DNA from: Mariprofundus sp. UBA1536
GTDB lineage: Bacteria; Pseudomonadota; Zetaproteobacteria; Mariprofundales; Mariprofundaceae
Reading direction: 5' to 3'
DNA length: 64,000 nt
NCBI GenBank assembly: GCA_002323245.1
Contig: DCPU01000016.1
Coordinates: 108,445 to 172,444 of the forward strand
Made by a program: the position numbers and the translations under genes. The notes beneath the pieces were generated by a model that ran no database searches, was not told the DNA's origin, and saw only the letters and a program-made list of their open reading frames with translations. Shown piece after piece: positions 63,500-64,000 of the stretch. Position 1 is the first letter of the stretch, and each line of letters opens with the position of its first letter.

Positions 63500-64000
63500 A
63501 TGTTTGATCGCGTATTACCAGTTATTGCTATTGTCGGCCGCCCTAATGTTGGTAAATCAACATTGTTTAATCGTATTATCAAAAAACGCCAAGCTATTGT
63601 TGGCGATCGCCCGGGTGTGACAGTTGACCGCCTTGAAGTGGAATTTCGCATTGGTGATGAGCTTTGCGTGCTTGTGGATACCGGTGGTATTGGTGAATCG
63701 CAGCATGGTGAAATGCAATACGCCATTGATATGCAAGTTGAAGCTGCGCTGGATGTTGCCGATGTGGTAATGTTTGCTGTGGATGCGCTTGCTGGCGTGA
63801 CCCCTGTAGATCACGCCATTGCGCAAAAGCTACGCAAAGCTGGTCGCCCTGTGATTATGGTGGTGAACAAAGCTGAAAACCCAGACTTAGCCACTGACTT
63901 TTTTGCGCTTGGTATGGGTGAACCTTTGCCTGTTTCAGCGGCTCACGGTCAAGGTATGTTGCCATTGATGGCAGCGCTGGCCAAAGCCATCCCAAGGTAT
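63500..64000 (+). CDS. der: ribosome-associated GTPase Der (EngA), N-terminal part (3' end outside window)
   Basis: My translation from ATG 63500: MFDRVLPVIAIVGRPNVGKSTLFNRI...DTGGI. Open to the window end. Confidence 0.92.
   Translation, partial: MFDRVLPVIAIVGRPNVGKSTLFNRIIKKRQAIVGDRPGVTVDRLEVEFRIGDELCVLVDTGGIGESQHGEMQYAIDMQVEAALDVADVVMFAVDALAGVTPVDHAIAQKLRKAGRPVIMVVNKAENPDLATDFFALGMGEPLPVSAAHGQGMLPLMAALAKAIPRY

Noticed and set aside
63256-63726. 156-aa minus-strand ORF
   Set aside because: It is antisense to the bamB 3' end and the der 5' end, both of which have unambiguous family signatures.

Overview
Chromosomal segment of a Gram-negative proteobacterium, about 48-50% GC by eye. Lineage is inferred from gene order: yfgM-bamB-der, rpoN-hpf-ptsN-hprK-rapZ-EIIA-HPr-ptsI, sucAB and exeAB. 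I did not attempt a finer assignment. It holds about 75 tightly packed protein genes and one tRNA, mostly housekeeping, with many translationally coupled operons. Six things are not ordinary. (i) A family of four co-oriented structured intergenic repeats of about 190-230 nt (274-500, 27204-27380, 37421-37614, fragment 28828-28860) has nested hairpins, a compensatory base-pair change and a 3' triple decamer; I cannot place it in any known repeat or ncRNA family. (ii) A lower-GC accessory islet of about 4.7 kb (19.6-24.3 kb) carries DUF3781, an Xre-HTH plus minimal nucleotidyltransferase TA-like pair, DUF2061, a quinone oxidoreductase, an S51 peptidase and a class II Fic protein preceded by five helically phased TTATCC repeats. 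(iii) An RpoS-like sigma factor gene is interrupted by a single in-frame TAA. (iv) A 5'-truncated brnT toxin remnant sits next to an intact brnA. (v) A DUF484(YigA)-GGDEF fusion is translationally coupled to xerC. (vi) A WbqC/PIG-L/DegT/GT4 amino-sugar cassette lies downstream of a PHP-like protein split by a membrane hairpin. I saw no CRISPR array, rRNA, transposase or prophage. All family assignments come from motif recognition by eye, not database searches.
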